Assembly: GCA_964473825.1 (NCBI GenBank) | Contig: CAYYQL010000001.1 | Coordinates: forward strand, 96,001-160,000 | DNA: 64,000 nt | Direction of reading: 5' to 3' | Source of the DNA: an uncultured archaeon | Lineage (GTDB): Archaea > Asgardarchaeota > Thorarchaeia > Thorarchaeales > Thorarchaeaceae | In this document: positions 40,106 through 48,894 of the stretch, piece after piece | Layout of the letters: every line of letters begins with the position of its first letter | Numbering within the stretch: position 1 is the first letter of the stretch | Made by a program: the position numbers and the translations under genes | Notes under the pieces: model-generated | Database searches by the model: none | Told to the model about the DNA's origin: nothing | The model's input: the letters and a program-made list of their open reading frames with translations, nothing else

Positions 40106-41299
40106 ATGGCTAAGAGAGACCCAACGAAATGGATGAAAGATGAATATGAGAGTCTAGTTGAGCAGGACCTTAATTGGGAGATTAGAGAACTGCAGGGCCC
40201 AAGTGAGCCGATATCCAAGGTAGACGGTGTAGAGGTCATAATGCTCTGCAGCAACAACTACCTCAATCTTGCCAATCATCCGAAACTTAGGGAAGCAGCT
40301 TTAGAGGCTATCAGAACTCACGGTGTTGGCTCGGGTTCTGTGCGAGCAATCGCAGGTACCATGGACCTACATTTGGAACTCGAGAGAAGACTTGCCAATT
40401 TCAAAGGTGCCGAAGCCTCACTGACCTATTCAGCAGGCTTCACAGCCAACGAGGGGCTTATTCCTCAGCTTGTTGACAAAGAAGATGCCATCATATCTGA
40501 TGAGCTGAATCATGGAAGTATTATTGATGGCGTACGACTGACAAAGGCCAAGCGGTTCGTGTATAAACACAGTGACATGGCGGACCTTGAAAGAGTTCTG
40601 GACGAAGTCGAGAAGGATGATCCACGGCGAATGCTGATTATTACCGATGGTGTGTTCAGCATGGACGGAGACATCGCACCTCTCGATGAGATAGTGAAGC
40701 TTGGTAAGGAGCACGGAGCCATGATCTACGTGGACGATGCCCATGGTGAGGCAGTCCTTGGTGAGGGCGGAAGAGGGATTGTATCACACTTTGGCCTCAC
40801 TCACAAGGATGTTCATTTTGAGATGGGAACTTTCTCAAAGGCCTTCGGAGTTATGGGCGGTCATGTGTCTGGAAGCGACCACATGGTCAAGTATGCACTC
40901 AACAAGAGCCGTTCCTGGCTTCTCAGTGCTTCACATCCACCAGCCACGGCTGCCGCGTGCATTGCTGCAATCGATATTCTTGAAACAGAAGAGCAGCATG
41001 TTAAGACGCTGTGGAACAATCGCGAGTACTTCAAGAAAGGACTTCAAGAGCTTGGCTATGATACTGGCTTCAGTCAGACCCCAATTCTGCCTGCAATGGT
41101 AGGAGAGAGTTCCAAGGCCAACGAGCTTAGCAGCGGCCTATATGATGAGGGAATATTAGCGCTCCCCATTGTGTTTCCGATGGTTGCCCGAGATAAAGCT
41201 CGCATCAGAAACATGATGAACAGCGGCCTCACAAAAGAGCACCTGGACAAGGCGCTCAATGCCTATGAGAAAGTCGGCAAGAAGCTCGACATCATCTAG
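40106..41299 (+). CDS. PLP-dependent glycine C-acetyltransferase / 8-amino-7-oxononanoate synthase family
   Basis: CSNNYLNLA, SDELNHGSIIDG, TDGVFSMDGD, VDDAHG and GTFSKAFG (PLP lysine). Kbl is the more likely activity. Confidence 0.9.
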   Translation: MAKRDPTKWMKDEYESLVEQDLNWEIRELQGPSEPISKVDGVEVIMLCSNNYLNLANHPKLREAALEAIRTHGVGSGSVRAIAGTMDLHLELERRLANFKGAEASLTYSAGFTANEGLIPQLVDKEDAIISDELNHGSIIDGVRLTKAKRFVYKHSDMADLERVLDEVEKDDPRRMLIITDGVFSMDGDIAPLDEIVKLGKEHGAMIYVDDAHGEAVLGEGGRGIVSHFGLTHKDVHFEMGTFSKAFGVMGGHVSGSDHMVKYALNKSRSWLLSASHPPATAAACIAAIDILETEEQHVKTLWNNREYFKKGLQELGYDTGFSQTPILPAMVGESSKANELSSGLYDEGILALPIVFPMVARDKARIRNMMNSGLTKEHLDKALNAYEKVGKKLDII

Positions 41300-41414
41300 G
41301 AACGCTATAAGATAGCTGAGGTGTTTCTCATCCGGGAAATACCTCATACCTCTTCTTCTTCGTAGAATTGCGAGAGGTCTAACCTTATCTGCATTGACAG
41401 CTTCTATTGATATC

Positions 41415-41651
41415 ATGAACCAACCAGATAAACTACCGAATCTTAGAGCAGTCTTAATCTGGGCGTCCAAGGAGGAAATCGACCTCAAACTGTATGGGCG
41501 CGACTCTAAGACTCTATCAGAAGGAAGAGTTGCATATATTGGTGACGATGTTGTTGCAATACTGCACAACAAAGATGACAAACCTGACGAGTTCTTACGT
41601 CTTGACGAGATAACCAAGATCACAATTCTCGGTAAGCGACCTCACGTCTAG
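41415..41651 (+). CDS. Small hypothetical protein, possible Sm/Hfq-like fold (paralog 1)
   Basis: Helix followed by beta strands EGRVAYIGDDVVAI...EFLRLDEITKITI; aligns with the ORF at 41877. Confidence 0.65.
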   Translation: MNQPDKLPNLRAVLIWASKEEIDLKLYGRDSKTLSEGRVAYIGDDVVAILHNKDDKPDEFLRLDEITKITILGKRPHV

Positions 41652-41876
41652 AAGCACCTCGGATACCCAGTCTGACGCAACATGCTGAACACTGCAACAA
41701 TCCCAAGACAGAATCTGACACCAAGTTTCTCTTGAGGGTGTATAGCCCAAGCGCCAAAGCACTAACGATGAGGTCTTGCCGTATCATCTGGGCTAGATGA
41801 CAATCAACGGGCCATCAGCTCGAACCCGGAAATCGAATTGGAAACCGTTATTGCGATTGGAATTCAATGGCATACC

Positions 41877-42110
41877 ATGAATGAGAGCAATTTGCGATCG
41901 CTGGAATCAGTCCTCAGATGGAGCAAGGATACCGGAAAGAAGCTTCGATTCTTTGGACACGCAATGGTCATACTAGCAGAAGCCTTGGTCGCTGAAGTTG
42001 GAGATGACATCGTCGCCCTGAAACACCAAGAGAAGGAAGAGCCGAGCGAGTTCTTGGTGATGTCCGAGATTGTCAAGACTCAGATACTAGGCGAGTCACA
42101 CCATTTCTAG
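41877..42110 (+). CDS. Small hypothetical protein, possible Sm/Hfq-like fold (paralog 2)
   Basis: EALVAEVGDDIVAL...EFLVMSEIVKTQILG; clear paralog of the ORF at 41415. Confidence 0.65.
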   Translation: MNESNLRSLESVLRWSKDTGKKLRFFGHAMVILAEALVAEVGDDIVALKHQEKEEPSEFLVMSEIVKTQILGESHHF

Positions 42111-42300
42111 GTTTCCTCTGAGTTTCATAGTAACCCGTTCGCGCATGAACAGAAGCGCATCACTCGAATGTGTACAGCCTTGAGATGCGTGAATAGGCAG
42201 GATGCTATGCTATCAGTAGTCTTCGGATATCTGTCTGGATGGAGTACTGCAACGGTGGCGGCTAGGTTCACATCAATGATCCGCTACACATATCGGTTTC

Positions 42301-42882
42301 TTAGCTGTCCTCCGCGAGGACGGTTCTCACAACATTCGAGGCGGTTCTACCCACGGCAATCACAACCATCTGCACAAGGAATGCGAGCATGAATCCACCA
42401 AGAGATATTCCAAAACCGAATACACTCAAAGAGGTGGCCGCCATTGCTTCAAAGAAGTACTTCCATACCAACCAGTAACCATACATGCCCATTACGAGAA
42501 CAAGACCTACAGCAAGCCCGTAGATGAGCACGACTGTCTTGACGCGTGGTTTAGATAGATCCACTTGACCCACACCCTCCCAGAAAACTGTGCGGCCCAG
42601 CTTCCTGTTGACCCTGACAAAGAAACCAATTGTCCCCAAGAAGAAGAATAGCGTAATCATGGAGCCTAGTAGGAATAGGAAGATCAACACATCATCCTCT
42701 AGAAAGTCCAAGAAGCCCGAGTTACTTACTACGAAAGCGACACCCGAACCGAGCATCATGATGGCCGTGACAACCTCGACCATGAATGTGACTGTAGCTG
42801 TCCCCCTGAATAGCGAGCCGATGTCGAGAGTATCGTCTTCAGGTTCAGGTCTGTCTTCAGCTGATTCATTGATGTCTGGCAA
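42301..42882 (-). CDS. Hypothetical 4-TM membrane protein
   Basis: TTG start at 42882 preceded by a GGAGTGA SD; four hydrophobic helices. The longer ORF-track version overlaps ppa antisense. Confidence 0.7.
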   Translation of the reverse strand: MPDINESAEDRPEPEDDTLDIGSLFRGTATVTFMVEVVTAIMMLGSGVAFVVSNSGFLDFLEDDVLIFLFLLGSMITLFFFLGTIGFFVRVNRKLGRTVFWEGVGQVDLSKPRVKTVVLIYGLAVGLVLVMGMYGYWLVWKYFFEAMAATSLSVFGFGISLGGFMLAFLVQMVVIAVGRTASNVVRTVLAEDS

Positions 42883-43017
42883 TATGTGAATCACTCCGTA
42901 GAATAGGGAATAACAGTCCGTAAAAAACCCTTGCTGAGGATACCTATTCCAGCAAGCGAATGCCAAGTGGCAAACCTCATTAGAAGGGACACTATCGAGA
43001 GCATTAGGCAGAGACTG

Positions 43018-43560
43018 ATGACGAACTACCTTCACGACATACCTCCTGGACCAGATCCTCCAAGTGAGATATACGTCATAATCGAGATGACCAGAGCTAG
43101 CAAGAACAAACTCGAGTACAATGTAGAGTACAACTGCTTTCATGTGGACAGAGTCCTTTATACCTTTGCGCCGTTCGATTATGGTTTCATGCCGCAGTCT
43201 CTTGACTGTGATGGAGACCCTCTGGATGTTGTCTTGCTGATTAAGGAACCAACGTTCACCTCCTGCCTTGTGCATGCCAGACCCATTGGAATGATGGAAA
43301 TGGAAGACGCTGGACGCATTGATGACAAAATCATTGCAGTACACGTCAACGACCCCTATTATCGTGAAGTGAACAGCATTCTTGACCTCCCCAAGAGTCA
43401 GATCAATGAAGTCGCGCAGTTCTACCGCTTCTATAAGGTCTACGAGGGTGTTCACACAGAGGTCAAGAAATTCAAGCAACTCAAAGATGCATATGTATCG
43501 ATCAACAGATGTATAGAAGACTACAAGAGACATCAACGCGGAGAGGACACATCGTGTTGA
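43018..43560 (+). CDS. ppa: Inorganic pyrophosphatase (family I)
   Basis: VIIEM...KNKLEY, VDRVL, DYGFMP, DGDPLDV and DDKIIAV motifs. Confidence 0.93.
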   Translation: MTNYLHDIPPGPDPPSEIYVIIEMTRASKNKLEYNVEYNCFHVDRVLYTFAPFDYGFMPQSLDCDGDPLDVVLLIKEPTFTSCLVHARPIGMMEMEDAGRIDDKIIAVHVNDPYYREVNSILDLPKSQINEVAQFYRFYKVYEGVHTEVKKFKQLKDAYVSINRCIEDYKRHQRGEDTSC

Positions 43561-43672
43561 GTTCAGCAGTCTTCTGAAGGACGTGGCAAGATACCAAACC
43601 TGTATTCTGGGTCAACCTTGTACGACCAAAAGTGTTTAGAAGAACTATCTGAGTCATTGAAAGGCCTAGGCG

Positions 43673-44341
43673 ATGAACATGAAAGAGCCAATCCCGTGCA
43701 CTGCAGTCATCCTTGACTTTGACGGAACGCTAGCAGACAGCATGCCCTTTTTGGAGAGAATTGGTGTCAGAACCATGATGAAGTACTACGACATCACCAG
43801 CGAAGAAGCCACCAAGAGATACAGGACTACAACAGGATTACCATTCGAACAGCAGATACAAATCAACTTCCCTGACAGAACTGAGAATGAGCGTGCTATC
43901 GATGAGTTTGAGAAACTTAAGATAGACTGCATCTATGACCAGAGACTCTTCCCTGACACGGTCAGGACGCTCGCCACGCTTAACGACAGGGGTTTTTCAG
44001 TCTTCGTTTCCTCGTCGACTTTTCAGTCAACGATTGAGAAGTATTTCGACAGAAGGAACCTAAAGAACTTCTTCGATGAGATATTGGGATACAGGCCCGG
44101 GTTCGAAAAGGGTAAAGACCATTTCAAGTATGTGCAAGACCACCACAACATCAAGATGTCAAGCATTGTCTTTGCTGGAGATTCTATCAAGGACTATGAG
44201 AGAGCAGAGGGATACTGCTCCTTCGTGGCGGTTGCCGGGATGTTTTCTGAGGATGATTTCAGACAGGCGGGACATAACGGGCCCGTAATTGAAGAACTAT
44301 CTGAGCTGCTTGATGTAATCAGACTTCGAGAAGAGAACTAG
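43673..44341 (+). CDS. HAD-superfamily hydrolase
   Basis: ILDFDGTLADS, VSSS, KG and AGDSIKD motifs. Confidence 0.88.
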   Translation: MNMKEPIPCTAVILDFDGTLADSMPFLERIGVRTMMKYYDITSEEATKRYRTTTGLPFEQQIQINFPDRTENERAIDEFEKLKIDCIYDQRLFPDTVRTLATLNDRGFSVFVSSSTFQSTIEKYFDRRNLKNFFDEILGYRPGFEKGKDHFKYVQDHHNIKMSSIVFAGDSIKDYERAEGYCSFVAVAGMFSEDDFRQAGHNGPVIEELSELLDVIRLREEN

Positions 44342-44526
44342 CTCGCCCGTCTGATACACACTCAGGACACCGGAATACTTCATTTCCAGAATAGAATTCT
44401 AAGTGGTCGGTTGTGTAAATTGGCCTAGTCCGTTCTCGGAGATTCCATCGCTTGAATTCGAGGAGCAACCTATCGCGATATCGAGATGGAGCTCCAGACG
44501 ATTGATGCAATCTGGTTCGATTCAGA

Positions 44527-45483
44527 CTAATGGGAAGCAGTGGCAGTTTCTGCCTCTTCGCGTGCCTTGAGGCGGTTCATCTTCTCTAACACACGGCGTA
44601 TATGATCAGTCATGTGACTCGGAACCGTCACTCGATAATCGGAAGGCAAGTCTTCTAAGACATGAAGAATCTTCTCAAGAGTAATCCTCTTCATAGTCCT
44701 ACATACTGCAGTCGGCTTTGCAGCCATGATTATCTTGTCAGGATGATCAGCCTGAAGCTGCTCTACTAAGCCTAACTCAGTGGCTATGATGAACTTTCGG
44801 GCTGAAGACTCAGCAACAACCTGAACCATTTTCCCCGTCGAACCAACAATATCCGATACGTCTTGAACCTCCGGAGGACATTCCGGATGGGCAATAGCAA
44901 TAGCATCAGGATGCTCGTCCTTCAGTCGAGTGATATCGTCTGGCACGAATTGGAGGTGAACATAGCAGCTCCCGCGAGGTTCTATGTCTACAATTTCACA
45001 GTCAGTCTGCCTCCGAACATACTCAGCTAGATTCCTGTCTGGACCGAAGAGAACCTGTGAAGCACCAAGAGATTCGATGACCTCGACGGCATTGCTGGAA
45101 GTGCATATGACGTCACATTCGGCCTTGGTCTCTGCAGTCGTGTTGACATAGACTACTACTGGAGCATCAGGATACTCTCTCCGTCGTGAACGAATCTTCT
45201 CAGGATGGATCCAAGCAGCCAAGGGGCAAAGAGCATCTGAATCCGGGATGTAGACCGGGATGTCCGTCAAGACAGCCGACATTTCTGCCATAAATCGTAC
45301 CCCTGCAAAGATGACCATATCAAAGCCCTCAATCTCTGATGATTTCCTAGCGAGCTGCAGTGAATCACCAACGAAATCTGCTATCTGTTGCACTTCAAGC
45401 GTTTGATAATTGTGAGCTAGGATGAGTGCATTACGCTTTGCTTTCATTTCGACAATGCGTTTCTGAAGTTCGTTGAGTTTCAT
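44527..45483 (-). CDS. nadA: Quinolinate synthase
   Basis: LAHNYQ, GDSLQL, GVRFMAE, CPLA, YVNT, CTSSNA, CYVH, AHPEC and CRTMK, including the three Fe-S cysteines. Confidence 0.95.
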   Translation of the reverse strand: MKLNELQKRIVEMKAKRNALILAHNYQTLEVQQIADFVGDSLQLARKSSEIEGFDMVIFAGVRFMAEMSAVLTDIPVYIPDSDALCPLAAWIHPEKIRSRRREYPDAPVVVYVNTTAETKAECDVICTSSNAVEVIESLGASQVLFGPDRNLAEYVRRQTDCEIVDIEPRGSCYVHLQFVPDDITRLKDEHPDAIAIAHPECPPEVQDVSDIVGSTGKMVQVVAESSARKFIIATELGLVEQLQADHPDKIIMAAKPTAVCRTMKRITLEKILHVLEDLPSDYRVTVPSHMTDHIRRVLEKMNRLKAREEAETATASH

Positions 45484-45542
45484 CCTTGGTCAAATCCGTC
45501 ATAATTAAGCATCAAAGGGGGTATTTTAACAAAATCTCAACC

Positions 45543-45607
45543 GGCAATAATTGACCCATCAATGAAGCCTCGGCAATAATTGCCCAAGAGTGTGAGTGTA
45601 ATCACTC
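45543..45607. promoter_or_regulatory. Candidate operators between divergent nadA and NAD-kinase-wHTH genes
   Basis: GGCAAT-A-ATTGAC (45543-55), perfect GGCAAT-A-ATTGCC (45572-84) and GAGTG-TAAT-CACTC (45594-607). Confidence 0.55.
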
Positions 45608-45692
45608 TTACAATTTGGCACTCAATTTAAGAGGGTAAACTCAAACGTCAAGACACGGCCCCGTCTGGGAGGAATGAAACACGAAGATTGGT

Positions 45693-46742
45693 TTGATTTC
45701 CGGGAATGAGTCAAGCATGATTCAGGACGCCAAGTCAGTCCTGTACCTGTTGAATCAGGAGGGGGCCGACGTCATTCTGGAATATGCGCTGGCAGAAGCC
45801 TTAGGTTCGTCGGGTACACAGCTTGATGAGATAGATGCGGATATCCTGGCTATCGTTGGCTCTGACCGAACAGTCCTTAACACGCTACTGAAGATGGGCG
45901 ACTCCCCAATCCCGATTCTGCCCATTTCTTCGCGAGGGCAGCCAGACTTCTTCTTTGACGTTACAACAGGCAATTTCGAACTTGCCGTCGAAGACTTGAT
46001 TGCTGGCGAGTGGACTGAAGATCATCGTTCTCGGCTTTCAATCACTGTTGGCGATAGGGTATTTCCATCCGTACTCAATGAGGTGGCCATCTTCGCGAAA
46101 CGTAATGCTACACTGATTAGGTATTCACTGAATCTCGATGGAGAGGAATTCTGGAAAGACGGTAGTGACGGCCTTATCATAGCCACTCCTACCGGGAGTA
46201 CAGCCTACTCCTTGAGTACAGGTGGTCCCATAGTGCTATCTCCTGCCTCTGTTCTCTCTGTGATACCGGTGAACAGCACAAATCCAGCAAGAAGACCACT
46301 TATTGTATCAGACAATGTAGTAGTCGAGATTCGCAACCTGACCAGCCCGGTCATGGTAGAGGCTATACTAGATGGGCAGCTGAGGCATAACGTGAACTCT
46401 GGCCCGATCATTGCTAGAAGAGCAGATAGCGATGCAATATTCGTGAAACTTACTGAAGAGAGAATTGCCGCTCTACGCGGCAAGCTGCAAAAGAAAACAG
46501 ACATCCTTGAGGATCTTGCTCAAGATCTACCTCCCAGTGCGAAGCTCGTACTCAAAGTGCTGGAATACCATGAAAAACTGACAGCCAGACAGATTACAGA
46601 GGAAACCATGCTATCTGCGAGAACAGTAAGACATGCTCTCTCCATCCTGATGGCTGAAGGACTGGTCAAGAAGCACCTGTCACTCCGCGACAGCAGACGA
46701 GGACTATTTATGGCTGTCAAGCCAATCGAGCGCCAATCCTAG
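45693..46742 (+). CDS. NAD(+) kinase-like protein fused to a C-terminal winged HTH
   Basis: VLNEV, DGLIIATPTGSTAYSLSTGGP and LDGQ are present; the GGDG motif reads GSDR. C-terminus LPPSAKLVLKVLE...TARQITEETMLSARTVRHALSILMAEGLV is a wHTH. Confidence 0.85.
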   Translation: MISGNESSMIQDAKSVLYLLNQEGADVILEYALAEALGSSGTQLDEIDADILAIVGSDRTVLNTLLKMGDSPIPILPISSRGQPDFFFDVTTGNFELAVEDLIAGEWTEDHRSRLSITVGDRVFPSVLNEVAIFAKRNATLIRYSLNLDGEEFWKDGSDGLIIATPTGSTAYSLSTGGPIVLSPASVLSVIPVNSTNPARRPLIVSDNVVVEIRNLTSPVMVEAILDGQLRHNVNSGPIIARRADSDAIFVKLTEERIAALRGKLQKKTDILEDLAQDLPPSAKLVLKVLEYHEKLTARQITEETMLSARTVRHALSILMAEGLVKKHLSLRDSRRGLFMAVKPIERQS

Positions 46743-46755
46743 TAGATGATAAACC

Positions 46756-48891
46756 ATGACACTAATAGAACAACTCCGGGAAGATGCCTCCACAAAAGTG
46801 ATTCAGGATTTCTTCTCCCGGGTCTCGGCACATTCTTCATCCGAAGGAGGATCTGCTGTTTCAGACTTGGAGGGGCCATTGAAACGAAGCATGGAAATTG
46901 CAGTCTTACAGGCCAGAGAAGCCATCGATCAGGATATCGAGGGATTAGAACATGGTGAGAAGGTGAGAGAAACCTTACGCAAAATCTTTCTGAGCGAGGT
47001 AGACGGATTATCGTTGCAGGAATATCTCGATGCACTGGCAATGTGTTGCTATGGTTATATCTTCGGAAATTTCGATGAGGAAGACCTTCGATATGTATAC
47101 CGATACTCTCTCGGGAAGCTCCCTCATCAAGGCGTAGATACGCTTCTGAAGAGGGCCCTTCTTCTCATCGAAATCGCATCTGGAAAGGACGCGAGGCAGG
47201 CAATGACTTGTCTAAGAGAATGGATTGCGTTCTTGGGATCTCCCTACTGTATGCCGGAGGATTTCAAAGAACCTGCCACAGAACTTGGCTTGAATCTGGG
47301 AACAGCCCTGGAATCTGATGACTTCAGACTCACAGATTCCATCCGCAGATATCCGGAGTACTTGGAGGAGGCTCTGCGGGGCAAGGAATACTTGGATGTC
47401 TATAAGGCAACTCGAAGCTGGCTGCCTGACGTGCTGTCATCTAGGATTCTAGGTATATTCCGAAAGAGAGTCAATCAAGAAGCACAAGAGAAGATTGGCC
47501 CAGACACAGGTGTTTCAGAGGCATATGCTGTCATTCAGAGAGTCTATAAGAAGAGGGAATTCATGAGTGCTGAAGGTAGAGTACTGCCCATCCGCCTGCA
47601 AGATCTTGATTCGCCACCTCCTCCTGAAGCAGTTGAACCCGTCCTCTTTGAGATGATTCCACAGAAACTGCGAGTAGAACTGATGTCGTCAATTGCGTAT
47701 TCTAGAAAGACCAAGCAAGTAGAGATAATATTCCTTGGTGGGCCAGAAATTGGCAGAAGTGGCATCTTGGTGAGGACCGATACCAGTGCCATCCTCCTTG
47801 ATTACGGCCTTTCAGTTGCTAACCAGAGAATCCCTGAATGGGTTCCTGAACTTGAGATGATCGACTCTGTGCTTATCACACACTCACATCTTGATCACGT
47901 TGGAGGACTTCCTGCACTCTATGAGCACTATTCGGGGAAGTGGTGTGCAAGCGGGGTCACAGGGGCAGTCTCGATGACTCTTCTTGAGGATGCCCTCAAG
48001 GTAGGGACTCCACTTCCGCCAAGACGCAATGATAAGTATGACATGGTCTCGTGGTTCAATCGGACGAACATAGACAAAGTCAAGAGAAACTACGTACAAC
48101 TAGAAACGGGGACAGCAAGCGAATTAGCAGGAGGGATTGTTGTCACCCCGATTGAGGCAAGACACATTCCCGGAAGCTTGGCTTTCATCGTGGATGTGGA
48201 GGGAACCAGAATTCTCTACACAGGCGACTTCAATCTTGACAAATCCGTTCTCTTCCACGGGGCTACACTACCTACAGACTGTGATTTGACCATCTTTGAT
48301 GGCACATATTGGGAAAGGGAGGATTTCGACAGAAGACAGGTATCTGACCAGGTCTCGCAGACCATAGCCAGACACGGTCCAGTCATTATTCCAACCTTCG
48401 CCGTTGGCAGGTCACAGGAAGTCCTTGTCATGCTGGACGAACTCGGGATAACCTCATCGAGAAACGTGATTGTGGCCGGCATGGCAGAGCGAGTGACCAA
48501 GCTGACAGGGTACGATGGCGACTGGACAGGCATGAAAAAGAACAAAGTCGTTCTCGAAGATGACGACATTCTGGTGGCTGGAGGCGGAATGCTCGACGGC
48601 GGCTTTGCCAAAATGCACTATAATGAGCATCGACATAACCCAGATGCAGCTGTTATCTTGTGTGGGTACCTTGCACCACGCACAACTGGATGGAATCTCT
48701 TGCATGGACACGAAGATCACAAGTGTGCTGTTGAATATGCAAGGCTTAGTGCCCACTCATCAGCCTCAAGGCTTACAGAGTTCGTTGCTTCTTGCACGGG
48801 CAAGAAGGCCATGGTTCATACTCCAATCAAGAAGACCGGTGGCGATATCCTACTACCCCAATATAGGGAGAGGATCGTGCTTGACGTCTAG
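46756..48891 (+). CDS. Beta-CASP/MBL ribonuclease-like protein with ~320-aa N-terminal extension
   Basis: FLGGPEIGRS, LLDYG, THSHLDHVG, HIPGS, YTGDF, DGTY, FAVGRSQE and LSAH motifs. Confidence 0.85.
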   Translation: MTLIEQLREDASTKVIQDFFSRVSAHSSSEGGSAVSDLEGPLKRSMEIAVLQAREAIDQDIEGLEHGEKVRETLRKIFLSEVDGLSLQEYLDALAMCCYGYIFGNFDEEDLRYVYRYSLGKLPHQGVDTLLKRALLLIEIASGKDARQAMTCLREWIAFLGSPYCMPEDFKEPATELGLNLGTALESDDFRLTDSIRRYPEYLEEALRGKEYLDVYKATRSWLPDVLSSRILGIFRKRVNQEAQEKIGPDTGVSEAYAVIQRVYKKREFMSAEGRVLPIRLQDLDSPPPPEAVEPVLFEMIPQKLRVELMSSIAYSRKTKQVEIIFLGGPEIGRSGILVRTDTSAILLDYGLSVANQRIPEWVPELEMIDSVLITHSHLDHVGGLPALYEHYSGKWCASGVTGAVSMTLLEDALKVGTPLPPRRNDKYDMVSWFNRTNIDKVKRNYVQLETGTASELAGGIVVTPIEARHIPGSLAFIVDVEGTRILYTGDFNLDKSVLFHGATLPTDCDLTIFDGTYWEREDFDRRQVSDQVSQTIARHGPVIIPTFAVGRSQEVLVMLDELGITSSRNVIVAGMAERVTKLTGYDGDWTGMKKNKVVLEDDDILVAGGGMLDGGFAKMHYNEHRHNPDAAVILCGYLAPRTTGWNLLHGHEDHKCAVEYARLSAHSSASRLTEFVASCTGKKAMVHTPIKKTGGDILLPQYRERIVLDV

Positions 48892-48894
48892 CTT

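Noticed and set aside
42883-43536. N-terminal half of the 411-aa minus-strand ORF
   Set aside because: Antisense shadow of ppa; the SD plus TTG at 42882 mark the true start.
44319-44510. 63-aa ORF with CPEC downstream of nadA
   Set aside because: Only one CxxC, a TTG start and overlap with the HAD gene end; insufficient evidence.
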